From: Octopus vulgaris
Lineage: Eukaryota
Assembly (NCBI GenBank): GCA_951406725.2
Contig: OX597814.1
Location: forward strand, 54,002,001 to 54,066,000
Length of the DNA stretch: 64,000 nucleotides
Direction of reading: 5' to 3'
Part shown: positions 23,741 through 39,044 of the stretch, in pieces
Layout of the letters: each line of letters opens with the position of its first letter
Position numbering within the stretch: the first letter of the stretch is position 1
The notes under the pieces: generated by a model
Databases searched by the model: none
The model's input: only the letters and a program-made list of their open reading frames with translations
Told to the model about the DNA's origin: nothing
Made by a program: the position numbers and the translations under genes

Positions 23741-26309
23741 TCCATATATATATGTGGGTACCCAACAACTAGACTAGAAACCATTACCAAACCTTGTATC
23801 ATTTGGTATCAGGCCACACAGAAAGAATATATTTAAAACATTTTTTCTATCTTATTGACCATTGCAGTCTGCAAGGTGTTTTTACATTATATATGTAATA
23901 ATTAAATTATTTATAATGCACTTTATTTTGTTCCCCTGGTATGTGGGAAAATTGCATGGAACTGACCTTTGATGTAAGAAAGGTTGTGAACTGCTACAGT
24001 AGATTACTTGCCCCACCCCCTTTTTTCCGAATGAAAATAAGGGATTTGCAGCATATTAGGAGGCCAGGGTATTTGATTCCATGCAAAAAAAAAGTCCAAT
24101 TTTAAAATTTTTACGTCAGTGAAAATTGTGCGGACGAAAAGATCAATGGGGTGAGGGTGAAATTTCTGAGACTTCCACCCCATTTTCAGACCCCAAAAAG
24201 GATTTTGTAGCATATTAAAAGGTCATAAGGGATTTGCAGCATATTAGGCGGTCAGGGTACTTGATTCCACACAAAAAATCCGAGTTTTTACTTAGTGAAA
24301 ACCGTGTAGGTATTAATCTAAAAATTTACCTTGTTTTTCTTTTGCTCCATTGCTAGACAGGGGACTTAACTCATGTTAGGAAACTTACAGATTTCACCAA
24401 CGTGGAAATAGGCAAAAGTTATGGTTGAAAATCGATTTTTACCACTATCCATGGGTGCCTCGGGAAAAATAAGCTGACAAAAACACAGCCATGGTCGTGA
24501 TCAATGTCCTCCTAAAACTGGAGTGACATGCATGCTAATTTGTGGACGTGAATAAATTACATTCTCGTACACACACACATCCTGCCTTTTATAAAAATAG
24601 ATTATTGTTTTGGGAAGTAATTTGTTTTTTCACTGATGATATATGTAAGTTACTCTCTCTTTCAAACCCATAACATTCATCCCCCATCACCATTATGGAA
24701 ACTCTTTTATTTTATTATGTTAGTTTTTATCATAGCTATCAATTTTGAAACTATATTAATCAAGACAATCAACCCACTTCCCAGTCTGACTGATCTGGGG
24801 GAATACCAAATAGTTAAGGACATTGAATAACTTCCTTAGAAAAGTGGTATCAAAATAGTCTTCACCTCAATATATTCTGTTGGTCATGTATACTTTGAAG
24901 TTATTGTTTTACAGTGATTGCTGATCCAGTACCTGTGACATTTTGTCTCCTCATTTGTCACTATGAACCAATGTGACATGTTAATCATATGATATCGTTA
25001 TAATTCATGTCACCTTTTGGTATGACTTTAGCTTGCTTAACAATAGTAATGAGAGCTAAGCTAAAGGTTTTAGTTCTGAATAGAACATGTGTACATAATT
25101 TGTTCTATCTCAGTATCTTTTTAGTATACAATGTTTTCTGACACATGTGCAACAATTTTGAGAGGAAGAGGGGTTAGTTAATATAGTCAACCTCAGTATT
25201 TGATTTTGTTGACCCCAGGACAAAAGGCAAAGTTGACCCTAGTGGTATTTGAACTCAGAATGTGAAGAATTGGAAAAAAATAAAAAATACTGCAAAGCAT
25301 TTTCCTAATGCTTTAACAATTCTTCTAGCTCTATCCACCCAAAATACTGCACATCAAATATACACACAAAAATATCTACTAATAATTCTATACACACCTA
25401 AAAACATAATATGCATTCTTACGATTTAGTAAACTAGGGGATGTAGGAAGCAGGATTAGATGTCTTACACAGGGATACAATTGTAGTGATATCCAAACAT
25501 ATACCATATGGTCAGTAGTCAGCACCTTAATATTCACAACCAAATCTCTCTATGTATTCACCACTTGAATAAGACATCTGTTAATGTCCCTCTATCATAC
25601 TTGCAAGAACTTGGTGACCTCACAAGTGCTGATGCCACAAAAGAAGCACCCAGTACTCTTTGCAAAATGCATCCAGCTGCAAAAACCATGTCCATGTCCA
25701 AGCAGATATTGGAGCTCAGCACAATCACTGGTTCATCAGTTTTTTTTATTTCTTGAACCAACCAACCCACCCATACCAGCATGAAAAAAGTGATGTTAAA
25801 AATGACAATGACACAGATTTGTCTGTATCCTATCACCATGAATAACAACCTCTATATGACACTGGCCTTACTGTCATTCAAATCATTTTCATGTGTAAAT
25901 GACACAAATTTGCATATCTCTCACAATTTCCATACAATGGTCTCATTTAAAAATAACGGCCATACATGTTTTATGTTCAAACACTTCTATTGCCTACTTG
26001 TCTGAAAAGTTGACTGTATATTATTCAATACACCTATCTTCCTTTCTCCCATCAGTTATAATGACTCATTCTCTACTGACACAAATTAAATACTTCACCC
26101 AATCTACCTTATGATTTCTCACATAGATACAAGGCTATTTATTAACCCCTTTGATACTAACTGCCAGAAACTACCTTTGGTTCTATGATACAAAATCCAT
26201 TTTAAAGTGATCTAAACTAAAACCTTTCATCTAAATTTTATGTTATATTCCAAACAACAGCTTAATAATGACAAAGTTATCTTAATAAGTTCTTCATTAT
26301 TCTCAAAAT

Positions 26310-26635
26310 TATTCTGTCTTTTACTTGCTTCAGTCATGCCTTGTAAGATTTAGTCAAACAAATAGAGCTCAGTAGTTATTTAAAAAAAAATATCTGGTTC
26401 ATATCCTAACAATCTCTTTTGTAGAGCGGCTAAGTTAAGGGGTTGTAAACAAACCAACACAAGTTGTCAAGCGGTGATAGAGGACAGATACATACACTCA
26501 GAAGCTTCTTTTAGTTTCCATCTATCAAGTCCACTCATAAGGCTTTAGTTGGCCTGGAGCTATAATAGAAGATACCTGCCCAAGATGCCATGCAGTACGA
26601 CTGAACCCAGAACCATGTGGTTGGGAAGCAAACTT
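26310..26635 (-). mobile_element. tRNA-derived SINE, family B (also ~7690-7770, 27630-27700, 46630-46790)
   Basis: Minus-strand ttgcttcccaaccacatggttctgggttcagtc..ttgggcag..tcttctattatagc..ccaactaaagccttatgagtgga recurs in the window. Confidence 0.75.
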
Positions 26636-29600
26636 CAATGTATTTCAAGATAGATATGGTAATAAAAGAATTATTTTTTGTTTTAACTGCAACTTTAACA
26701 TAAGAGAAATGATAGCTTATGTAGATTTTCAAGGCTATTCTATATGATTTCTACATATAGAGAAAAAAAAAGAGGTTAAAAAGTCACTAACCCTAACCCT
26801 GAATGAGACACCAAATGGTAAAACGAAATATTTTCCCAGTATAACTGTCATCAAAGTAGATATAATGTTGAGGTTATACAAGATAAATACTATTAAAATT
26901 TTTCATTTTAATATCTTACATGTTTATAAAATAGGAGCAGTGGTTTTCAGCTTCACATCAGATAAGGTACAGAGTTGCAATATACTTAAATCTTTCTTCA
27001 ATTTGTTCATAGTCAGACTGAAGATCTGAATGTCATTAGCTTTGGCATAAGGTAGTTATTATTTTTTTTGATGAACCTAAGTGGCTGCAAGCAGTAAAAT
27101 AGTAAAGGGATGTTACTCCAAATTATTAGCGTTAATTCTTGTTTCTTTTTTTTTAATCTTTTGATCAGGAGGGAAAGCAGTTCTTATAACACTTTAAAGG
27201 GCCTACAAGACTGGTAGGAAGGAAGGAAAAAGATATCCTCAAACCAGAGACTTAGTCTGAATGCTTGCAACAGAACAGATTTTGCTAAGGTGGTGATAAA
27301 CTAAGCAATGGGTAAAGTCTACCACCAATGAAAAATTACTAACAAACTTGACCAAAATATTTTACTAGTGCTCCAATCAATGAGTTCAAGAGCAGAATAT
27401 AAACAAAGTTCATTTTAATTCCTGTTGACTACAACCTTTGACGTGTTAGTACTGAATGTTCCCCACCAACAAAAAATTTGAAACTTTTTCATTGTAAAAA
27501 TAACTGATATTTATACTTCTTCCATCATAATCAAGATTGGGTTTCTCAACTGCAGTTACATCAAATAGCACCTTTATACTCCAATATATAATAATTGACA
27601 AACATTTTACCTATCAGTGTGAGTTTAGATCTTGGGCAAGTGTCTTCTACTATAGCTTCAGGATAAACAAAACCTTGAATGAATTTGGTAGAAGAAACCT
27701 GTTATATATATACATGGATAAGCTTAAGAGATTTTATGTTTTCCTGACTCGACACCATGCAATAGCTGTAAAAAGCAAGGGTGGTGTTGTTTGTTTCATT
27801 TGTGAAAACAAGTCCAGCTGCAAGGAAATATTGATTTCAAATTTTGGCACAAGGCTAGCAATTTTGGGGGAGGGAATAAGTCAATTACATTGACCCTGAA
27901 AGGATGAAAGTCAACCTCAGTAAAATTTGAACTCAGAATGTAAAGATGGAAGCAATGCTACTAAGCATTTTGCCCAGTGTGCATACAATTCTGCCAGCTC
28001 ACCACCTTTGGCCACAAGGGAATATTACCTTGCTTGACAACAGGAAGGGTATCCAATCATAGAAAAAACTGGCTTCAACAAATTTCATCTAACCTATAAA
28101 GGCAAGGTAAAACATGTCAAAATGATAATGATAATGATAAATAACCTACAAGAAATTTTATCATATATTTTCACTGTTGATAAATGTATCTGATGCTGAA
28201 AAAGAAATACAACTTGTGCATCTTACATGTAGTTAGGCATAGTCCTTGAAAAGTAAAGTTATAATTCAAAATAGACTTTCTACCTTGTCACAGAAAGTTT
28301 GTGTGATTTTGTGACAGGAGCATTTAAGCCTTTTACATGATTTCAAAACAAAATATATCCGAGGAAAATCTTTCATTTGGAATAAATTTAGGTATGTATG
28401 TAAGCATAAATATGAGTATATTTACACACACTTCATATAAACTGTCTTGGATTGAAGGCCTTGAGACTACAAAGAGAACTTAGTGACCACAATAATATAA
28501 TATTGTTAGAGGATGGCTTGTAATTCTAAAATTCCAAGTTACAAATACTACTATATACCTTTAGCCTAAACTAGCCAAATCAGGCCCAAATATTCAACCT
28601 GTTTTAAGTTCAAAATGGCCAGATCCAGCCTCTCACACCTACAGTGTAATGTCATTCTAAAAATAAACAATCTCATCATTAAAATCTTGAAGCTGAGATA
28701 ATGTATGATCAATTCAAAACAATGTCAATAAATATTACGTTTGACAGAATAATCTAAACGATAAAGGAATATACATAAATAAATGCTAAACATTGTGCAT
28801 GTATTCATTGAAGACTGCTGCAGTGCAAACCTATAACTGAGTGCACATTAGACTAAGCATATATTGTGTGCAGTATATCATGTACAATCAAATATATCAA
28901 ATAATATAACTAAAGAAGTATGTTCAAAACTAAAATAGTGAAATTTGGGAAAAGCAGGCTGAGAAAATTATATAAGGAAACAACTCAAACAAGTACATAT
29001 TTACAAAAGTATACTCACACACACATACCACTCCCACAATATAACCCCAGATAATGTATTTATGTAGTTGGTACAAAATCCTAAACATGTCACAGAATGT
29101 AAGGCAAACAGGGTTGTATTTCCTGATGAAAATATTTTACAAGAAAGGCCAGTGATTCTGAAACAAACTCTCTTCTACTTATATGTTAGCATATTTATGT
29201 TGTCCTCCCACAGAATATATTGGTCTCAAATTTTGACACAAGCCAGCAAATTTGGGGGAGGGGGTAAGTTTATTATATCGACTTCAGTGCTCAACTGGTA
29301 TTTATTTTATCAACTCCAAAAGGATGAGAGGCAATGTTGACCTGGGTGGAATTTGAACCTAGAATGTTAAGATGGATGAAATACCACTAAGCATTTTGCC
29401 CAGCATGCTAAGATTCTGCCAGCCCACTGCATAACTTACCCACAGAAAATAGTGATCACAATAACACATAGAGATGTCAAAGTAGGGCTATATATAAATA
29501 TATATGTACTTGAATACAAACCCTAGCTGCTCTTTTATATACACACACACACGAACGTGTTGACAAATGGAAGGAAGTGGCACTCAACACATTTTGTAGA

Positions 29601-30352
29601 AGTTACATTTTTAATAGCAGCTTGTCTCAGCTTCATATGAGTTAAAAATCTATGAGCATGTCCATCTTATCAGTAAAATGGAAGATGAGATAAATTCAAG
29701 ATAGCTTCTAGATGTTAGGCTTCGATTGGTCAGCTCAGGTCACACGGTATTAATGCCGGTGTTACTTCCACATCATTAATGCTGTGACCTGGGATGACCA
29801 AAATAGAGGCCTGATATTTAGAAGCTATCTTCAATATGTCTTAATCTGTAACTCTTCTGATATGTTGAGATGGATGCATCCTATATGCCCACAAAACATT
29901 CAAGTCATATGGACATTCGTCAAACTGTTATTAATATATATATATAAATACTCACAATATATACCAGTGTTGTAGTGCTCTAACACAAATTACCAAGCTA
30001 ATGATAATAATAATCATATGAATAACAACAACAACAACAATAATAATAAGTCAGTTATTATTGTAAAAAGATTATATAAAAAAAAAATTCTGTACAGTTA
30101 CTGTACAATTTGCACAATATTTACAAAGTTATATTTAACCACATGGAAATTTAGAATTTTAGAAAGAAAAAAACAAAACAAAACAAAAATAAAAACTAAA
30201 GGATTCACTGAAAAAAAAAAAATACTCAGTAAAACTGCCTGACAACCATATATACGAAATGTCACTTACTGTATTTGGTCTGGTAACATGAAGCTTGCAA
30301 GGTTTACTTATGATATACACATATAATGATGTATATATATATATACATACAC

Positions 30353-30389
<37 letters not shown>

Positions 30390-30459
30390 CACATACATAT
30401 ATATATATATATACACACACATGCATATATATATACACACATATATATATATAATATAA

Positions 30460-30494
<35 letters not shown>

Positions 30495-30501
<7 letters not shown>

Positions 30502-31052
30502 AAAAATTAACAGAATGAGATAAAAATCCAAGGCTGAGAAAGATTTCAGAACATTTGTAAAGGGAAGGTCTTATAGCTGTTTCTGGGATATTTTTATTTA
30601 TCCTTTCATTGGTGACGGTGCAAGAAAATGGTTAAGTAATAGCTATTCTAGGGAAGATATGAAATAGAGAGTGAAGTGAAGGAATGAAAACAGACGTGAG
30701 ATATGCAGGGATATTGTATCTGCAGATCCATTATTTCAGCAGAATGGTATAAGTTTTTTCCTGTACCTTGTTTGTAAGTTCCAATAGTATCTAAATTTGG
30801 TCATTCCAAGCATAGAGTTTGTAAACGGTGTTACTGAATTGAGGTTTATTTTTTGAAGTGACTAAAAAGTTGGGAATGTGTTTCATTCTCAACCTTAAGA
30901 ATAACTATTGCTTAACTATTTTCTTGCACCGCTGCCGATGAAGGGATATATAAAATATCCCAGAAACAGCTATAAGACCTTCTCTTTATAAATGTTCTGA
31001 AATCTTTCACAGCCTTGGATATTTATCACATTCCGTTAATTTTTTATATATA
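30495..31052. mobile_element. Inverted-repeat Penelope-like pseudo-LTR structure between (TA)n arrays
   Basis: ~155-bp arms (30495-30649 / 30898-31052) are reverse complements; the right arm has CCGATGA-AGGGATAT..ATATCCC-AGAAA-CAGCT-ATA, a degenerate hammerhead. Confidence 0.6.
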
Positions 31053-31204
31053 TGCATGCTGATATATGACTGACGTTGGACTCCTCATTCGTATAATCAC
31101 TGAACCTGGAGCTAAACTATAGTCTATCCATAGCACTTATTCAGCATTAACTGACACCTTTGGGTCTTTTTGACACCATTTACCTCTCATAATCTCTCTC
31201 TCTC

Positions 31205-32260
<1,056 letters not shown>

Positions 32261-35200
32261 CACAAACACACATATACAGCATACAATTGACAGAAAGTAC
32301 AACTTTTGTCTTTTCTAATATTTTTTTACACACATTTTTCAAAATTTATTTTTTCAAAACCTTATATAAATATCATTGAAGAAAGATGTTTTGTATCAGG
32401 AAGCACAGTTTTTTTTTTAATTAACTTTATTATTGTGGAAATATTTTTTGTTTGTTTTTACAAGAGTCGAGGCAGTATGGAGGTGGAGTAGAGAAGAAAA
32501 AAATATATAATTGGTTCCTGGGGGTTAAAAATTAGTTGGGAAATGATAATGTATTAATGGAAAATGGGAGATATTAATAATAAAATAAAAATATAAATTT
32601 GCAAAGTCAATAGCGACTCCACATTGAATTTGAAATGAAATGGAGTCCTTAGATTCAATTAAAGCTGAGTTTATTAGATTTCAATTTTCAAATTTTTTTT
32701 TTATTAAAACTGATGTTGACCAACTCTGGCAAAAGATATAGTTTTAGGTTCATAGAGAAGCCCACCTACAATTTAAGTCCAGCACATGTTGAAGGCTAAT
32801 TACCAATGAGGATGATGAGAATGATGATGACGATGATTATGATGATGATAATGAAAATGACAATGATAGTGGTTGTGATGTTGAAGATATCGAACCCATG
32901 TATCATAAATTCATTCATTCTCCCACCCAAGCCATAAAGATAGAAAAAAAAATTGTTTTTATAGTGGACTGTTAGAGTTAGTATGCCTGCCCATAAAAAA
33001 AAAAAGTCTCCTCCATGCTTGTTTGCTATTTATCTGGTAGGCACTGTGTCTCCATTTGGTAAGAATGAGAAATCTCTGGTTCCAAACAGACTGTACAACT
33101 CGTGAGCTATCAATAACAACAAACAAAAATAAAAAAGACAAAATACCATTCCTAAACAAGTTAGGATTATTGCAACAGCTGGCCAGAGCTGTTTTTGTCT
33201 AGAGCTTTTTTGCAACCTGGTGACACCCATCCTCTTTTGCCAGACCAAGACAAACAAGCACGAAGCACTTTTCCTAAGGACAGTACAAAGCTTATGATGA
33301 AATCCGAACTCATTATTCATGAGGTGAGAGGCACACCAGATCCACTAAGGTGTTACAACCTCTAAAGACTACAGAAATAATAACTACTAATAGTAAATAA
33401 TGGAAGAATATAAGATTTCTCTCATTTCTGCTCCTTTCAAAAAGTCTTTCTTATCAAACAATGCTGTTTAGGATAGAAGCAGCCAAACTGACTAAAAATA
33501 TGTATTAGGAATGAAGAGGAAAAATCTTTTATTCAATCATTGCACTGTCAGAAGAAAATATAAAAATTTTTCTAAATGGATAACTGATATTAAAAAAAAA
33601 ATGAATAAAATAGTCACACACACACATTTATATGCAAACATACATGGTAACTCTTTGGAGAAAGGAAAAGCATTAAAAAAATTTAAATTTAAAAATACAT
33701 TTAAAAATCTCAACCCATATTCTTCTGTTTCAATAATCAGGGGAAAAAGATCTTTCAAATATATAAATACTCACATACATTCTTTACCCACCCATGCTTA
33801 AATGCAAATAAGCTTAAAAGTTTCAAATATTAAAAAAGAAAAATAAATAAAAATTAGAAAAAAAAAAGCTTTTAAATACTATAAATACTTTCACACTTAA
33901 CTCACTCCCCTTTTAAATGCAAATAAACATAACAATTCCAAATAAAGGAAGGAAAAGAAAAAACACTTTATGTATGACCATAAAAAAGTTTTGAGCTGAT
34001 ATTAAAGATAATTATACAAGGCAACTGTGATGTTAATTGGTGATTATGAGAAGTTTTTTGTAATGTTTCTTTTGTGTTTATGTTTTGCATGTGGACGTGA
34101 CTTGGTTAGGGTAAAATGGAATTACACAAAAAAAAGGGAATGGGGAGAAAACCTGTACAGTTTGCACTGACAGTGTTACGCACAACTGAAATGCGTATAT
34201 ACACACATACCCATAATGCTGGTGATCACAAGTACTTCAAAACCTTTGCATTAGATTTCAGAGTCACTTTGTTTTGTTTTGTATTTCCTAGCAACATCAT
34301 CACAAATGATCATAGAAAGAGAAATATATAAAAATACCTGAATGGGTCAAATCTGAGAATGTAGCACAATTAGCAAGCCATCTGAGCATAGTGCTTCAGT
34401 CCAGATCCCAACTAGGGTGTTAGTTCAGCCCCTCCTCCTCATACCACCATACAAGTTCAACAGCTTTCCACTTTCCCCACCTTTCTAGGTAAAAGTTTTT
34501 AAATGTTTAATTCATACAGTCGTAGTAATACTACAAATAATAATGGTTTATTTTCTCTCGGCACAAGGCCAAATTTGTAGGAAGGAAGGGTATAGTTGAC
34601 TGAATAACCCACAATGTGTCATTTGGTCCTGATGAGATGAAAGGCAAAGCTGATCCTAGTTAGATTTGAGCTTAGAACAAGGCATTGAAGTGATACCAAA
34701 AGCAGCCTATCCAGCTCTCTCAAGCAACTGCACATTACTATTTTCAGTAACAGCAGTGATATAACAATAATGATTTCTGAAAGCCTTGAATTTATTGAAA
34801 GAGAGGAAAATGAATGTGGAAAGAGAAATGCCTTTTCCTTGATCCTTTATGATGGAAATGAAACCAGGATGCACATGTAGTTCTTTGAGAACCAAATTCT
34901 GCAGCTATGGCACTCATGACATTACATAATAATGATAATAGTAATTCTTTGAATAGGCATTAGCCCAAATTTTATTCATTCCTAATATTGTAAGTAATTA
35001 TTTCATCAACACTTACAGGATTTGAACTTTGAAAAGAGAGATACCAAATCCAACATTTAAAGCATCTCTTCCAGTGCTTTACCATCTTTAATAATAATAA
35101 TAATTTTTCTCAAGATACATCTCCAGTACTTTGTAGGAAAAGTATAGGGTTGAGCTGAGATTTAACTGACACCAGTAAAATTACATGTAGTTCATATTTT

Positions 35201-35429
35201 ACACCCCATCCCACCCCACTAGGGATGAAAGGCAAAGCCAACTTTGGTGGGATTTGACCCAGAGCCAAGACAGCTTTTAGCCAAGTGATACTACCACTGT
35301 CCTGGCCATTGCCTTTAATTGTCCTTTATGAGAGCCATGGAAGGGAAGGTAAAAAAAAATTAAATGTGGTGAACAAGGTCAAGTGGAGGGAGAGTAGGGC
35401 ATTGTATCAAACACAATGAGGTTGCTATA

Positions 35430-36697
35430 TTAATACTGGTTTTGGTTGTAAGAGTAACCTGTCTGACCTTGACTAGACATCTGGCTATTAGGCATGTGTG
35501 ACTGACCACTGTTGCTACTTCCACCACCACTGCTATTACTGTTGCTGCCAACACCACCGCTGCCACCACCACCTCCACCACCTGCCCCGCTAACACTGTT
35601 GCTCATACTATTTGACTGTTGCATTGAATTACTTCCTGACACTGGCATTTGGTTTTGTCCACCCATTTGATTGCTGTTGGGATTCATTTGTCCACCACCA
35701 CTAGGCCCCATTGGACCAGACATAGAAACTGGAGTAACAGACATAGAACCAGGAGGACCAGACATGGAAACAGGAGGACCAGACATAGAAACTGGTGGAC
35801 CAGACATGGAAACAGGTGGACCAGACATGGGTCCTGGTGGACCAGACATAGGACCTGGTGGTCCAGACATGGGGCCTGGTGGCCCAGACATAGAACCTGG
35901 TGGACCAGACATAGAACCAGGTGGGCCAGACATTGAACCAGGAGGACCAGACATAGATCCTGGTGGGCCTTGCATGGATCCTGGTGGACCTTGCATGGGA
36001 CCAGGTGGGCCTTGCATGGACCCTGGGGGACCTTGCATAGAACCAGGTGGGCCTTGCATGGATCCTGGTGGACCTTGCATAGATCCTGGTGGGCCTTGCA
36101 TGGAACTTGGTGGGCCCTGCATAGAGCCAGGTGGGCCCTGCATGCCTCCAGGAGGACCTTGCATGCCTCCAGGAGGACCTTGCATACCTCCAGGAGGACC
36201 TTGCATACCTCCAGGTGGACCTTGCATACCTCCAGGTGGACCCTGCATACCTCCAGGTGGACCTTGCATACCTCCAGGTGGACCTTGCATGCCACCAGGT
36301 GGACCTTGCATGCCACCAGGTGGACCTTGCATACCACCAGGTGGACCTTGCATGCCACCGGGTGGACCCTGCATGCCTCCGGGTGGACCCTGCATAGAAC
36401 CAGGTGGACCTTGCATGGAACCAGGTGGAAGAGGTCCAGAAGGTGGCATACCTGGTGGACCCTGAGGAGGTCTATTATAGGGGTTATAGCGTGTTTGAGA
36501 TTGACCACCGCCAGGATAGTTTGTGTACTGTGACTGTGGAGACATGTTGGGTCCAGGTGCTGGACCTCCACCAGGTCCTGGAGCTTGACTGTAACCTGGT
36601 TGTTGAGTGTAAGACTGCTGTCCTTGACCCTGAGTGTATGGTGGCTGTGAATTATACTGCTGCTGGGCATAAGCTTGCTGCTGACCATACTGCTGGC
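35430..36697 (-). CDS. SS18: SS18-like terminal coding exon 7 (QPGY domain with heptad expansion)
   Basis: Pyrimidine tract plus cag acceptor at 36698-36700. GQQYGQQQAYAQQQY...(GPPGGMQ)n...GYSYNQNQY* in phase 1, stop at 35430. Confidence 0.92.
35718..36431 (-). repeat. Coding 21-bp minisatellite, 34 copies of GPP(G/V/S)(G/S/P)M(Q/S)
   Basis: Plus-strand unit like GGTGGACCTTGCATACCTCCA with third-position variation; 714 nt = 34 x 21. Confidence 0.95.
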
Positions 36698-38363
36698 CTG
36701 TCAAGAGAAAAAAAGTATTGCATTAAGATAAATTTGATCAGCAAAAGTTCATTCTCAATGGGTTGACACATCATCTACATAAAATTTTGCATTTTTACAA
36801 CATACTCCAAATAAATATTGATATCTTGGAACAAGTTTGTTATTTCTAAAATAATTATGTCACAGTTACTCAATGAATCAGAGACACTCTTAAGAATTAG
36901 AATTTACTTTTTCTAACAGCTAGGGCATAAAAGTTCACCAGAGTGAGGTACAACTGTCTTGTTTGATGAGATCCAGTGGAAGCAGGTTTTCAACTTATGA
37001 TTCATGCAGGTACTTGTTTAAACAAAGTGACAGTGCATTTAATGTTGAAATGAACAACTCGTGCAAAACTTTGCTTTTCTTTCTTTTTAAAACAATTTCT
37101 AATCTAATCATCAGTTCAAAATTCACTGCCACCTCCATCAACTTTTAAACAATATAATGTTGTCTATTAAGAAATCTTCAAATTCCTGCATCCTTTTTAA
37201 TTAAGGATATAAATACTAGTCAAGAGAAATCAAATTTGGTAATATGAAATTATAGCATAAACATATTTCTTTTAACTCAAACTAAGTTTAATTCAGGATA
37301 CTAGAATTAAGCAAAAGATTTTACCACCTCAATATTTTCTGTAAACAAACAATAATACTTAAGTTTCTAAGAATGAAGGAGAAGAACTAGCAGTTTTTCC
37401 ACTATAGTTAAATATACTTGACTCTATATAGCTATACAGTTTTTAATCATTTCTTCAGGAGGAAAGGGCATTGACCATGACCTTTTACAGGATCCCCAAG
37501 ACAGTAAAAGGAATGGCTACAACAGAGTGGATTGTGCAAAAAGCATACAAAGACCAGGAGATATTGTGAAAGTAGGCAATAGATTCAATCTACCACTCAT
37601 GTAGACCACAACAGGATTTGAATTCTGAATGCAAGAAACCAGAACGCATAACACAAGGCATCCCATTTGACATTCCAATGATTCTGCCAGTCCACTGCCC
37701 AAGACTGGGAGTTTTTTGTTAACTCCAGAAGATGAGTGGCAAAGTTGACCGTTGCAAAATTTGAATTCAGAGCAAAAAAAGGTGGAATAAGTACTGCAAA
37801 GCATTTTGTCTGGTGCTAACAGCCAATTTATTGCCTATAAAACATTAGATTTAATCTGTGAAATGATTGCATTACTGCCAATCTCTAGGGTATATTTCCA
37901 TACCCAAAACATACAGAGTAGAAGACTGTAATAGAGACTTAAATAGAGTAATACACTTGATATGCGAATATCTGTGCTACAGAAAATTTAGGGGCAAAAT
38001 TATGGGGACAAAGTAAATTTAAAGGAGGATGGTTTGTTTATTATTAACTTTATATGACTGCTTACTCTTTCTTTCCCACAAGTTACAAGGATATATAACT
38101 CAGCAATAAGAGAAAAGACATAGTGACAAGAGAGAATGAAAATAGACCAAAGACTTGTCTCTGAACTTATTTTTAATTTGATTCCAGTTGAATAATTGCA
38201 AGTAACTAGCTAAATACTAACAGAAAATAAAAATATTCCAAAATTTCTCAATAAAATCACTTAGGATTAGTGGGTTTTGATGGAAAGGGAAAAATAAAAA
38301 GACAGTTAAATAACACACTTCCGAAAATGTGTAAAAAAAAAAGTTTCTGAAAGTGTCTTTCAC

Positions 38364-38705
38364 CTTGCATATTGAGCCTACCCTGAGATGGTGATCTCCT
38401 ATAGGCATTGGGTGGTGGCATTGCTCGTGATCCCATTGGTTGATTTGAAGGTGGCGGTCCTGGAGAAGGCCCACTCATCATAGGATTGTTGCCAGCTTGA
38501 CTCTGTTGCATCATTGACTGCTGTGGTGGCATAGCCTGACCCTGAGACATTCCTGGAGGAGCTGAAGAAGATTGTGACATCATAGGTTGTTGAGGACCTG
38601 GATAACCCTGTGGACTTTGGGGAGGAGGCCCTTGTTGCTGTTGAGACATAGGTGGACCATAGCCAGGTTGATTGTTCATAGCATTTGGAGTATTCATTGG
38701 AGGAC
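38364..38705 (-). CDS. SS18: SS18-like coding exon 6 (QPGY-like)
   Basis: GPPMNTPNAMNNQPGYGPPMSQQQQ...YRRSPSQGRLNMQ. ttttgtag acceptor; donor G|gtgaaa at 38364 or an in-frame alternative G|gtaggc at 38382. Phase 1 to 1. Confidence 0.88.
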
Positions 38706-39044
38706 CTACAAAAAACATTTAAAAATACCAATAATACATAGTTTACTAATATATATGTACACAGACAGACAACTAATTTGTTAGATCAAAACAATAATTT
38801 TTTCTTTGTTTACATTGACTCTATTTATTAACAACCTGTAATAGTTGATCTTTAAGCTACCATAATCTATTCTTAGGTTAATGATGACTATATCAATAAT
38901 TACATTCTTCCACCAAAATGCCAAAACTATATATACAATCAAAGAATCAGACACATGGATTGGATGATTTGTGTTTGGAAAAATGCTCGAAGGAGCTAGT
39001 AGTGGCAAGGGAAGAGAATCTAGAGTATTTAGTTGAAGATCATC

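Noticed and set aside
24010-24602. Helitron/Helentron-like repeat
   Set aside because: It looks repetitive (internal duplication, ..ATAGAT end), but the termini could not be defined well enough to classify.
35718-36431. Collagen-like GPP repeat
   Set aside because: The period is 7 rather than Gly-X-Y triplets, and it lies in a nuclear SS18 protein.
35649-36766. Plus-strand repeat ORFs (GGPCMPP, WTLH, VDLA)
   Set aside because: Antisense shadows of the SS18 coding minisatellite, with no independent splice or promoter evidence.
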